Shown one piece after another: positions 51,191 to 63,604 of a DNA stretch of 64,000 nucleotides (positions within the stretch are counted from its first letter, which is position 1; each line of letters begins with the position of its first letter). Origin of the DNA: Antedon mediterranea (Eukaryota > Animalia > Echinodermata). The notes below the pieces were generated by a model that saw only the letters and a list, made by a program, of their open reading frames with translations, had not been told where the DNA came from and did not search any database. Location of the stretch: the NCBI RefSeq assembly GCF_964355755.1, contig NC_092670.1, positions 26,460,795 through 26,524,794 on the forward strand, written 5' to 3'. A program made the position numbers and the translations under genes.

Positions 51191-53154
51191 AAAGGTAATC
51201 CAGATTAAAATGCTAAATGCTCATTTATATTAATGATTGGTGTTAAGCACAAAATTATTCATTTTATCTTTTATGGTTTAAAAGAAGCCGAGTCCCTATT
51301 TTCATCTATACATGATGGACGTCTTTTTTTCTTAAATATGGCCATCTTATTGCCAACTCGATTTCCCATTCTGGAGTTTAATTCTAATATTTACTTTTCT
51401 TTTACTGTAAAGATCAGATTGAAGAGCAGCAGAGAATGTTTTTTCGGCAATCAAATTTACCAATATAAACATTCGGGTGAATCTCTTGAAATAAGGTCAA
51501 CATTATTGAAGTGTCACTGTTTAGATCCATGGCGTTAAGCAGCTATACATGCCAAGGAAATGGTTGTAGCCAGGCTCTGGTAAGAGGGTTCAGATACCAA
51601 GTATTAGGTTTGTCCGAATCATAAAAAAAGAACCTGTCTATGGGCCTTGATGCCGTGGTGAGGAACTTTTAAATTTGAGTGAACGTGCATGACTTTCATG
51701 TACACACAGACTGTTACTCATCAACAGATTATGAACGTTTAGATTAAGTGGACATTTACGTTGACGTACCAGTGAATATATGATGTAAAGACCTTGGGAT
51801 CTGACATGGTAATCTCTAGTAGCTTTCACGGAACTAGCTTTCCACTGTTGGGCCGGTGGTAGTACACAGGCTTAGGCCAGGCTATGTGTGTGTGTGTATC
51901 TTTAGGCCTAGCCTTTTCTGAATGAAGGCTGGTGTCCTAAGCCCTTTTCACATCAAATTGCGGGAATATTGCAGTAAGAAGGTCTACACCCATTCGGTTT
52001 TCTGTGTCAGTGAAAGGCGCAAAAAAATGGAGATGACAAACATTCCTAGCTAAAGTAGTACTAGAAGGTACGGTACTTCAATTCTAGAACTACTAAGTTG
52101 GTCTTTAAGCCATAATCAGTAGCTCAAACGAGGATTTCGTCCCAACCTCTTGGATCTACATTTTGAAAGATGATATTGTGAAATGATATATATCATATCA
52201 AAAGTTAACCATGACATATTTGGAAAATGCTATTATACTTTCTCTGTGAATAGTCTAGTATATTGTGAACACTTATCCAAAATTTTAAATTTAAAAAATA
52301 AGTATTTTCTATGTGAGGAAAACAGAAAAATTACAATTATTTAGTTGTAATTGCACTTTTTTAAGACACAATATCTTCATAAATAATTGACATACCCTAT
52401 TTATATTTTTTCCCACTATTTAAGAGGGTTTTCAAAGTTTTGATTTGTCAGCTTAGGGAGTTTGAAAATGAAAATGCAAAAACTGAGATAATTTTTTAAA
52501 ATTTTTTAGTCGTTTTTTAAGCAGTTATATCTTGATAATCAACTTTCACTATGTATTTATATTTATGCAATGGGTATCCTAGTGGGTTAGTGACACACAA
52601 GTGAAGTTTCAACGCAACGATTGTAACTTACATTTTTTTTGTTTTTATTTAGTGCCAATTTTGTGTGAACTCGACTCAAACCACACAAAGCTGCCTGCAT
52701 AAATACTATCCCTTTTCTGTTCAACTACCCAAGAGGGTTTATAAACAACTTTTTTAGCTTAATGATTTTTTCATGCTGCTGCTTTAGCCCGCTACGTCCC
52801 AAGAGGATGACTCATTTATAAGCAAGCAGCAGTTATAGTACTAGAGGTTGACATTTTTGCTAATTTGTAAACTTGACTATAATTTATAGGTCCCAGCTGT
52901 TGGACCCAAAAAACGTCTGGGAAAAGAGAATCTATGTGGGCTCACGGTTGAACGATTTTGGATTCTCGCCCTTTGATTGGTCAATTGACTATGGTTGCAT
53001 GCCTATACAGGTTGAGGTCACAGCACACAGGTATTTAATCTCTACAGTCATGGAAGAAAATATGAAAGAAAATTATCAGAATCAAATTCTTCAATGAACA
53101 CATGATGTAATTTCGACAGTTTGAAAAAGAAAATTGATCGTGCAAATAATGTTT

Positions 53155-53510
53155 ACGATTTCACATATTTTTTTATATAACATATTTCTATGGTAACAAA
53201 AAACATATTTTTAATAAAAATTTTGATTGAAAATGTTGTATTTCTATTATACAATTAAATGGTGAAAAAATGGGCAAAAAATGGGCATGATGTGATTTAT
53301 AATTAAATAGCTATGTTAGATTTTGTGTATTTTTGGGATTAACCAATATATTTTTATTTTGTTACACGTTTCCATGGTAACAAAAACATATTTTCTATAA
53401 ATGTTTAAAAATTGTGTATTTATAGTATACAATTAACTAGTGAAAAAATTGGCATAATGTAATTCATAATTAAAGAACTATCTTTGATTTGTATGTATTT
53501 TTGCGATAAA
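53155..53510. repeat. Degenerate ~185-bp tandem duplication within a probable transposon
   Basis: ATGGTAACAAAAA(A)CATATTTT...ATACAATTAA..GTGAAAAAAT occurs twice. Confidence 0.7.
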
Positions 53511-53927
53511 AGGACATCTTTTTAATAATTAATCATTTAATATATCTGATAAAAGAACAATGAATAATTTTTAAATGTCGAGCAGCGTTTTTTGTAAGAA
53601 ATATTTCTTGTTTATATAGGAAGATGTATCAGCTGAGAATTTACTAATTTTATAGATAATTTTTATGTTTTATTTGTTTTTGAGGAGTAGGCATTTCTTA
53701 GAAAGTGACTTGCCATAATAACAATAATATTTATATTCATGCAATGGGTATTCTAGTAGGCTAGTGACACCCTAGTATTGTCAACACAAAAATAAATGAT
53801 TATGCAATAATTACTTATTTATTGTAAATTAAATTTTAAGTAGCAAATATATTTTTAAGTAGTAATAATTACTATGTAAACTAATATCTGTATATACAGT
53901 ATATACATACTAAGTGGTAGGTAGGCA

Positions 53928-54772
53928 TGTCACACCAAAATTGGTCTGGCGGACCAGTTTTGGCTGCCAAAATCGATCCGGAGGACCATCTATGGCTGCC
54001 AAAACCTATCCGGCCAGACCAATTTTGGTGGCCAAAACTGCAGGTCCGGCCTGGATAAAATCAGTCCAGGCAGTAAGACTGTTTTTGGCAGCCAAATATG
54101 ATTTGGTCTTACAAATATATGATGCGCAAAATTAGTCATAAGGTATATATCATTAAAAAATGCCATGATTAGTCATTATATTGAAAATTACGGGGTTTTA
54201 TTTGTTTAATATTATAAATTAAGCCTATTTTTTAATTATCATTAATATTAGTAGCAACTCATCAATATTAGTACTAATTTATAGGCTTTTGTGTACAACA
54301 ATATAGGCCTATCTATGTCTGTTTTTAATCCATTTTGTTCTTTTGTTTGTTTTGTCTTCGTTTCGCCATGATGTTAAAAACTGAATTTATTACTGATTTA
54401 TGGTTAGTCAATCAATAAATCAATTTAATACAATTATTATAAAACAATTATACCAATATTGATTAGGCCGAGAAAGAAAAAAAGGCCTCAATCGTAAAAT
54501 ACAATCTATCTGGCAATATCAGTGTCCCATACCAGTTCATGTGAATGTGTGGCAGGCTGAAATCCGACAATATAACTTGCTTATATATCATGCGATATTT
54601 TTCTGGCCATAAACAACTTTAACAATATCGTAGGCCTAGTAATTTAATTATAATCGACATAAGAAAAACCCGAATCTATTTTGCCAGTGGTGGACTGCGT
54701 TTGGCCACAAATTTAGAGCCAAAACTGGTCCGGTCTGACCGATTTTGGCCCCGGACCATATTTGCCGTGACA
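53928..54772. mobile_element. MITE with TGT...ACA ends and subterminal GCCAAAA/GGACC repeats (Ginger-like, tentative)
   Basis: TGTCACACCAAAATTGGTC versus reverse-complement end TGTCACGGCAAATATGGTC; flanks GGCA/GGTA may be an imperfect 4-bp TSD. Confidence 0.65.
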
Positions 54773-55604
54773 GGTACAAATAAATATTGTGCTGTTGGAA
54801 TAAAATATGATCAACAGAGATTCAGCAACATTTGCAGTAAGTATTTTACATTCAGCCAGTTGATGGTGGTGAAGTTCATGAAAAATTTCTTTGGAAAATT
54901 GTTTTGAAGCTGGTATCATTTCTGTAACAAATAATCAAGAATATAATCTAATTTATCGATTACTTACTATTTTAGTTATACTCCATATTATGTAATTACA
55001 ATGAATCTTTGGCTTTATATTTAAAAATTAGTTCAGATTTGTGGTAAACCATACACAGAAATGTTGAAACATTCTCAACTTTACTTACTCTACCACACAC
55101 TTTACATATACTATAGTGTTTATTGACAATGCAACCTGGTGGTGTATAAAAACATTTTTAAATCATATTTCTTGCTTTCATTACTATTTGTGGCATATGC
55201 AAGCGAAATCAGACTTAATTGGCATGTGAAGATTTGTAGAGACAGCCGAAACAATAAAAGGCTGAAAAATTATTTTACAGAATATCTGAAACAGTATTTA
55301 TTTACATATTGGTGTTTTTCTATTTTGAGACAAATAAATGCATATATTTTAACATTTTGTGTGGTATGTTGGTTTAAAAAAATGGTGTAAATTATGTATG
55401 ATTTACATAAAACCTATAATGTTTTATGCTTAAATTGAAAGTGTTCCAGTGGGTTGTTTTTTATGTTTTGCATAATAGTAATAGAGCAATAGTTAATTAA
55501 CGAAAGATGCTAAGTTTCATTGAAATAACAATTAGAATACCCTTTTGCTGAGGCGTAAACTTAAACGCTTAGAGGTTTCACAACATTAGGTGCTATATAA
55601 ATCC

Positions 55605-55898
55605 CTCGAATCCCGCAAGGGTTCGAGGCCGACTCGCTCCTAGTTCTGGTGGTGGAACAAGTCTTCTCGGATAAGGACTATAAACCGTAGGTCCAGTGTA
55701 CACAGTTATAACCTGTGTGTACTTTAAAGAAACCCAGTTCATTATTCGAAAAAGAGTAGGGGGTTACCCCGGTGAACTGGTTCACACAATAGCCCCTGTA
55801 TCAGGGGGATTACCACCTATCTGATAGGACAGTGATTAATTCACTATTGGTAATCCTTGGCCACATTGCCTAAAGACATAAAATAAAAAAAAATAAAA
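55605..55898 (+). mobile_element. 5'-truncated Deu/Nin-domain SINE, second subfamily
   Basis: B box GGTTCGAGGC and the same core as 9811-10123, with a different 3' part and an A-rich tail. Confidence 0.82.
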
Positions 55899-56461
55899 TT
55901 ATTAAATGCCCTGTTTATTTTTGTGTACATTTCCTTTTACGTAACTTTAAAAGCATTTTTCTCAAAACACAACAGCCAAAACTTTAGACTGTAATATCTC
56001 TGGAAGTAGATATGGTATCAAGATATTTTTGTTTAGCATATTCAATTTTGGATTATGTAGTTTCAGTGTTTGTGAAAATCTCAATTTTGAAAATTCTGAC
56101 TGATTTTTAACGTTCATTACTACTTTTACTACTATTGTACATAATTATAACAAAACATAAAGCATTTCTCATCTCTACATTGAAAAAAGATCCAAAACTT
56201 ACCAAAAGCATTGAACGTGTTTAGCATTTTTGTGTCTCCTTTCCACTAGACATTTAAACCTAGACATAAATTGAATTGAAAAGATACAGTTGAAATTGAA
56301 AGAAAATAAATTATTTTAAATTAAAATTACCGTAACTATTATAAATGAAAATAATACTGTCCTGATGCGTGGGATGTATGAATACTAGTCCTCTGACCAG
56401 GTCAGTCAGTATAAGGAAAGCCTGCTAAACCAGGCCAGACCATGTTAATTATGGCATAATT

Positions 56462-57555
56462 CAATAATAATTCAATTCAATAAACTTTATTGTCAAACTC
56501 ATGAATGGCTTGAAACTTTGGCTGAAAGTACACACATTAAAATTGTCTAAAAACATTGTCAAACAGTAAAAAAAGAATAAAATCACATAAAACTGAGAAC
56601 AAGATGTCATATAAAAAGTTAAAAGAGGGCACAAAAAATACAAATTGAGTTAAAAATACAGCTAAGATACTTATTGCGTTTATCTTTTCCACATTACATT
56701 AAAATGCCTCATAGCAGATGGGAGAAAGGATTTACGTAGGCGTTCAGTGTTCCAGCGAGGATGCAATGCGCCCAGACCGGCTTAACGTAATGTACTGGTT
56801 AAGGGGGTGGCTAACATCTGACATAATAACTTTAAGTTTATTTGTAAGTGCGTTGTTAACAACTTCATCTGATTTCTTAATATCGTTTCCTATTATCAGA
56901 TTCCAGATTTACTTATTCTTTGTACTTTTTCCATGCATTGCTGGTTTAAATTGTTGAACCAAACTATTGCATTAAAAGTTAAAACAGATGAAATAACAGA
57001 TTCATAAAATAAAGTCAAGATCCTATTGCACACATGAAATTTCTTAAATCTTCTCAAAAAGTACAGTCGTTTATAACAAGTTGTGGTAACTAACTTAGTG
57101 TTTTCCTTCCAATTAAGTTTATCATCGATTACTGTGCCTAGATACTAACAACTTCCACTTCATCGTTTAATATACATAGCTTATCATGTGTTTTGATACC
57201 TTTTCTAAAAATCAATGATCATTTCTTTAGTCTTGTTAACATTTAATTTTAAATACCGTAGTTATTTGAACACCAAGTAGAAAAATAACTGACATTATCA
57301 AAATATGACTTAGGGTCATCATGTTTTATCAGGCCAACTAGTTCGGTGTCATCAGCATATTTCACAGTAAAGCATTTGGTTAAAACTAGATCATCTGAAT
57401 ATTTAAAATCATTAGTATATAAAGAAAATAAAATAGGAGATAAAACACAACCTTTCTGAAATATTATCATTAAAACAGATGAATTGTTCCCTAACTTTTA
57501 AGAAATCATTGATCCATAAAATAGTAGCTGGACATTCATTTTCTCCATGCGTTTC
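56462..57555 (-). mobile_element. Decayed 3' part of a CR1-group LINE (Rex1/Babar-like RT)
   Basis: KGCVLSPILFSLYTND...VKYADDTELVGLI...WC, then KTKEMIIDFRK, LGTVIDDKL.W and RLYFLRRF motifs; AATAAA plus a (TTGAA) tail at ~56462-56490. Confidence 0.85.
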
Positions 57556-57803
57556 AAAAAATTGTATTATTAATATTAATAATGAGTTTGCTCAAAATTT
57601 ACTAAAATTATGCTATCCTCACCTTGCCCCAACCAAATCATCGTGTGGTGTATATTAAAATAAAGTACCAAAATCAAACAGTAATTTCTCAAAATTGTCC
57701 ACATGTTGATGTTGTTATTTATAAAATTATTCTTCTAAATATGTAAAGAAATTGTAGATCCATGACATCGGAACGAGATGAAACGTTAGAATTTACTGCT
57801 CAT

Positions 57804-58452
57804 GGCCTACTTGGACCTAGGCTTACATTACAGCCTCTTCCTCCCTACTTGGACCCAGGCTTACATTACAGCCTCTTCCTCCCTACTTGGACCCAGGCTT
57901 ACATTACAGCCTCTTCCTCCCTACTTGGACCCAGGCTTACATTACAGCCTCTTCCTCCCTACTTGGACCCAGGCTTACATTACAGCCTCTTCCTCCCTAC
58001 TTGGACCCAGGCTTACATTACAGCCTCTTCCTCCCTACTTGGACCCAGGCTTACATTACAGCCTCTTCCTCCCTACTTGGACCCAGGCTTACATTACAGC
58101 ATCTTCCTCCCTACTTGGACCCAGGCTTACATTACAGCCTCTTCCTCCCTACTTGGACCCAGGCTTACATTACAGCCTCTTCCTCCCTACTTGGACCCAG
58201 GCTTACATTACAGCCTCTTGGCCTACTTGGACCCAGGCTTACATTACAGCATCTTGGCCTACTTGGACCCAGGCTTACATTACAGCCTCTTCCTCCCTAC
58301 TTGGACCCAGGCTTACATTACAGCATCTTCCTCCCTACTTGGACCCAGGCTTACATTACAGCATCTTCCTCCCTACTTGGACCCAGGCTTACATTACAGC
58401 ATCTTGGCCTACTTGGACCCAGGCTTACATTACAGCATCTTCCTCTTTGGAC
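57804..58452. repeat. 38-bp minisatellite (with 36-bp variants), about 17 copies
   Basis: Unit CCTACTTGGACCCAGGCTTACATTACAGC(C/A)TCTT(CCTC/GG). Confidence 0.95.
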
Positions 58453-58574
58453 CAAATTATTGTATTAATATCATGGCCGTATTTTTTTTTATTACAACAA
58501 ACTAATCTACACAAATGTCGATATAATCTAGTAATAATAGTAATAAAATGTCCCGAATTTGACCTTTGTTTGTA

Positions 58575-58742
58575 ATGCTTCATAAGGCTTATAACTGTGA
58601 CGGTAATAATACCGAAATGTTACTAGGTCCAAAGACGGTCTAACAGAAGCCAGCATTCAGGGATTTTTACCCTTTCACACATAAACTGGCGTTCACGAAT
58701 TACCGCAATATTACCGTCTTGCAGCTCTGTATGAAAGGGGCT
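58575..58742 (-). mobile_element. Harbinger-like MITE end fragment
   Basis: Reverse-complement homolog of 21409-21570; ends ATGAAAGGGGCT. Confidence 0.6.
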
Positions 58743-59126
58743 CTAGTGATAAAACCCAGGCCACAACCTGTAGTATTAAACTCTTTATTTATAATAACCA
58801 ATAAAAATTGATAATTCACAGTTTGTAAATATATAAATTTAACTGAAATTCACTTTTCAATAATCTCAGAAAATCATCGCGAGATCAACTTGCGCATACA
58901 CGTCACGTATCATAAAATGACTTACTAAGGTAGCAGTCAACATAGAATTGCTCCATTGTCTTTTGCTTTATTGTCTTTTTTATGTCATTCCACACGTCGT
59001 CGTTTTGATTTTTTTTTTCCAGACGGAGTTTTGTCTTAATATTAGTAAAAATATTAATATTTTTGCACATGGCATTTTATACGTGTATTACTTGAGTTTG
59101 GATAATCCGTCTAGGGAAACACGCAC

Positions 59127-59640
59127 AAGTCACGTGGTTTGACACCAAGAATTCTTGGTGCATACGATTATCCAGTTGACTAGTTTCAGCCGCATGCCAT
59201 TGGCTACTCACTCGTACGCAGTTTTAATATTCATATTTCAGAATTTCAAAGACTCAACAACTAAGATGATGCACATGCGCTATATTACGTTTAGACAATA
59301 TGTTTCTGAAGGCTAGAAATGATTTTATATGCCTAGTAGTCTGGTAAACATTTGATGGGATTTTTCCCAAGAACATGAAAACTCGTCTTGATATGATCAT
59401 AGAGATATCTCTATGATATGATAGGGCTAGCTTAAACTCTGCAAATCAAACATTGAATGGATCATTATTATGCGGAGATAATTTGATTTAATTCCCACCC
59501 AGACCCTGTCCTCCTGTTCTGTGTGGTGGTAGCTCTGTTGTGTGTCGGTGGTGGTATGTACCTTATTGGCGTTTTATTTGGCAGGTCATACGTACGAATT
59601 GAGTAGGCCTACGAAGGAGGCCTAGGCCAGAACTAAACAA
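59127..59640 (+). repeat. Interspersed repeat of unknown class (copy 2, with many micro-insertions)
   Basis: Colinear with 31681-32100. Confidence 0.8.
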
Positions 59641-60047
59641 TTAATAAACAAAACAACTTGGAAACACGATTTTATATTTTAACAGTTGTTCAGTCTCGAT
59701 CGTACATTCAGCACTGTACATACTTGATCTTTTTCATTTTGAAACAAAATGATCATTGGTATTATTTACATACCGCCCGCCCCATATAGCCAAATACAGT
59801 ATGATAACCTACGTCACTCTTATCGGATGTTTGCGGTCTGCAAATCGTTTTCTATACGTGTTTCACAAGTCTGTATTTTCAGACAAAAAATTTAAATAAA
59901 AACAAATAAATAAAAAAAAAAGACAATGAATACAGACTTAGGGCAAGTCTAAGTTAAAAAGTTTGTTGTGCCACGACTACAAGACTTGCTGCCTGAACAA
60001 TTTCAAGTGTATTGGACTCTTGAATAATGAATAGATTTGGACAATTA

Positions 60048-60972
60048 CGCCCGTATTCTTAAACCGGACTTTAGTCGTAGTTCGAAGTTCGACTTGAAAA
60101 AGTCGTAGTTCGAGCTATTACTTCAAATTCGATTAAAAAACGAAGTAGTCGAAGTTTGCAGTTCGACTTATGAAGTCGAGCTTTTAGTCGAGTTGCACAC
60201 GTCTGGGTAACAAAGGCTATACATTGGCCAATGACAAGAGAGTATTTGAGGAGCAGACGAAATTTTGCGCATTGATATCACTTTCCATTTTCTTACAACA
60301 CTTTTTACGCATCAGGACTATACAAGAAAAATAATTTTAATCGTTAATTATTAGAACAAGATCAGTATTAATTTAACAGTGAAGTACTTTTGATTAACAA
60401 CAAACAAAATCTTCAAAATATATTTAGGAACCATGGCGGTACGGTAACTTTTATATTTTCTAGGCCACAAACAAAATATGATCGCGACGAACCACGCACT
60501 TCATAGCGTGACAAGAAAGCGCTAGGCCCCCTAAACATTCCATCGCGTGGTGAATTTTCGCATCTGCCATTGTCGCTATGGCGTGACGTAGTTGAAGTCG
60601 GACTTGCGCGAAGAAAATTATGTAATTTGTATACAGTTGTAAATAAAGATGACTTTCATTATTATAACATATACCAATGTATATTTAATTAAGCTAATAT
60701 AAAAATAGATATTTCATTCTTCAATATCTGGCCAATATAACAACTCAATGACTGTTACGTTTTTCATAAACATCGTTTAAAAACCATTTAGTCGACCATT
60801 TAGCCTGCCCTCTCCAGGACTAAAAAAATCGATCAAAATCCGTCTCGATTTAGTCGAGGTTGGCCTGAATTAGTCGGCGATTTAGTTGAAGTTCGGTTTA
60901 TGAATTAAAATGACGTCATTTTTTTAGTTTTAGCTCGAACTACGACTAAAGTCCGGTTTAAGAATACGGGCG
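60048..60972. mobile_element. PIF/Harbinger MITE, 925 bp
   Basis: Perfect 38-bp TIR CGCCCGTATTCTTAAACCGGACTTTAGTCGTAGTTCGA; TTA TSD at 60045-60047 and 60973-60975. Confidence 0.92.
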
Positions 60973-61244
60973 TTAATCTTTAAAGACATTTCGAAGAGTA
61001 ATTTCTATTGTTTTTTTTGTCAATTGGTTGTTTTATTTTGTCTGTATCTATTTATTGGCCTATTAAAATGTGATTTATAAATTTCTATTTTTTAAATTTG
61101 TAAATATATAAGAATTTATAATTATTAATATCATCCTTTGAATGTTGTGCAAATTTTGTAGTAATTTTTAGTTTAAATGAATTATACATACATATTTTTG
61201 GCCTATAAAAATAATGTGATTTATAAGTCTCTATTTTTTAAATT

Positions 61245-61788
61245 TGTATTGTCCCTTTGACTAATTCCAAAAAAATTAAAAATAAAAGATTTCGAAAAAA
61301 GGTGGGTCATTTTGAAGTATTATAATAGTTATTAACTATCACCAAAAATTTTTCGAAAAAAAAAAAAATTTAACTGAAATATATACGTTTTTTTGTTACA
61401 AAAATAACTTTGACTTCCAGTCAAAGTTTTCAATCAAAACATATCCCATAATGAAACGCGCTTGTTTGGCTACTCTGTATGCATAATCATAAAACTTCCT
61501 CATGATCTGTGTGAAAATACCTTCTTAACCGTGACGAGTTGTAAACAATCCTAATTTAGCAATGCATAATGCGTACTCATGGTTTGAAATCTTTGTTTAC
61601 TTTCGCTCGTGGCGATTTTCCAGATGAAATGTAATCAAATTAATTTACCTGTTAATTACGTAAACTTGTTGTTTTTGGCTCGAATTTTCGACTTAAAATG
61701 AAAAACTTTAATATTACTTTGATATGGCCACTTTAAATTTAGAATATTTTGACCTTCATTTTTTTGTGTTTCAAGAGACAATACATCT
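61245..61788. mobile_element. Kolobok-like MITE family K2
   Basis: TGTATTGTCCC ... GAGACAATACATCT|TTAA. Confidence 0.65.
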
Positions 61789-61834
61789 TTAAGAATTTGT
61801 AATAATTAATCTCATCTTTTGATCTTTGTGCAAT

Positions 61835-62973
61835 TTTTAGTCGCGTGGAAGCGACTCTATAGTTCACTAAGTCGGTCGGTCGGTCTGTCTGTCTGTCTGT
61901 CGGTCTGTCTGTCTGTCTGTCGGTCCGGTATCACTATGCGTTTTATGGCTTTATGACCTTATCTTGATATCAGTTTAATCTAGCTAAGTAAATTTTTCAC
62001 AGAATATTCCTTATGGCCAGGAATCGATGTGGTTATGTTTTCACGGTGCGCAATAAAAAATTACGCGGTCTACGCACGATTTAACGAAATCACGTTTGTA
62101 ATCATATCTTAACAACCATGAATCACAATTAAATAAAATTTGGTACTCATAAATTTCAGGGCATAAATCATCATATGGCAATACAATTACGTGCGTAGCG
62201 CATGTAACGCATGCGTACTTAGTCGCGTGGAAGCGACTCTATAGTTCACTAAGTCGGTCGGTCGGTCTGTCTGTCTGTCGGTCTGTCTGTCTGTCGGTCC
62301 AGTATCACTATGCGTTTTATGGCTTTATGACCTTATCTTGATATCAGTTTAATCTAGCTAAGTAAATTTTTCACAGAATATTCCTTATGGCCAGGAATCG
62401 ATGTGGTTATGTTTTCACGGTGCGCAATAAAAAATTACGCGGTCTACGCACGATTTAACGAAATCACGTTTGTAATCATATCTTAACAACCATGAATCAC
62501 AATTAAATAAAATTTGGTACTCATAAATTTCAGGGCATAAATCATCATATGGCAATACAATTACGTGCGTAGCGCATGTAACGCATGCGTACGCGCGCTT
62601 AAAATTTTCAAAATTTATTTTCGATGAAATAAGAGTACGTTTCAGGCAATTTTAAGGGTTTACAAAATTGCCATGAGTGCGCAGATTTTTGCGCGCGCAC
62701 TGCGCGTTAAATGTTATTGCGCACACTTTTTGCCCGATTTCTGTTTTCTTGAATTACTTTTCAACTCGAAATTACGTTATACGAGCACGTCAAATGTGAC
62801 AGGCTACGCACGTGTAAATTAAAAAAATATAAATGTTTTTAAACATTTCAACATTTTTAAACATGTTCAGTAATTTCGGTCAGTATAGTTCACTATGTCG
62901 GTCGGTCCGTCTGTCTGTCGGTCCGGTATCACTATGCATTGTAGCACGCGACTTAATGGCTGTTGGCCTTGTT
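61835..62973 (+). mobile_element. DINE-1/HINE-like non-autonomous Helentron with a 382-bp 5' duplication
   Basis: TTTTAGTCGCGTG subTIR with a nearby partial IR GCGACT, (GTCG/GTCT)n, 3' subTIR CACGCGACT (62945-62953), small hairpin and TTGTT end; the 5' block restarts at 62219. Confidence 0.88.
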
Positions 62974-63040
62974 CATAGTAACTTAACTTTTTGAGGACGA
63001 TAAAGTTGTCAACGACTAGAAATAATGTATATATAACCAA

Positions 63041-63604
63041 AGACCCATTCCTACAATTTGTGACGTTTTGTAAAAATTTTTATTACTTACCAGGTCATTC
63101 CTTGTCTTAAATGTACGTTTTATGGTAAATTATGATAAAAAGAGAGAAACAATGTAGCTCGCGGTGAATGTCCTCTCATGGACGGTCTTTAGGCCTAGCC
63201 TAGCTAGGCTTAGTTTTGTAGGCCTCTGGTAAACATCGGTAATGTACGAACGTCATCATACGCTAGCTATAGGCCTAGTATAGCCTGCATTAATTGTCTT
63301 TCTGTTTTTGCCAGAATCCGTTGATACAAATTGGGGAAAACCTGGTATTAAAAGTTAGGAGTCTTCCATTTGTTTTTGCCTCACGATCGATCGAAAAGTG
63401 GGTGAATTACAGAAGAAAAACGAAAATATCAATCGGCGCGAAATGAATGTATGTTGGGATTTATAGCGGGCCCGCTAAAATTATTAGAATCAAATTATTT
63501 TTTACATTTTTAAACAGTTAAAGATGAAAAAAGTTATCTCAATAGGACCATATAGTATTTATTTTTACATTAAATGTAATTTGTGACCTTAATTAGATCT
63601 AAAA
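63041..63604 (-). mobile_element. Kolobok-like MITE family K1
   Basis: Reverse complement of ~41170-41765; begins AGACCCATTCCTAC. Confidence 0.8.

Noticed and set aside
51540-51600. hAT TTF-type zinc-finger relic (RAWLQPFPW on the minus strand)
   Set aside because: Too short and frameshifted, with no termini found; unsupported without a profile search.
57762-58575. Three overlapping long ORFs
   Set aside because: They are generated by a stop-free 38-bp repeat.
21409-58742. A single 37-kb transposon bounded by inverted ~170-bp repeats
   Set aside because: The copies are diverged, there is no matching TSD, and a related end occurs at ~51941, so they are better explained as dispersed fragments.
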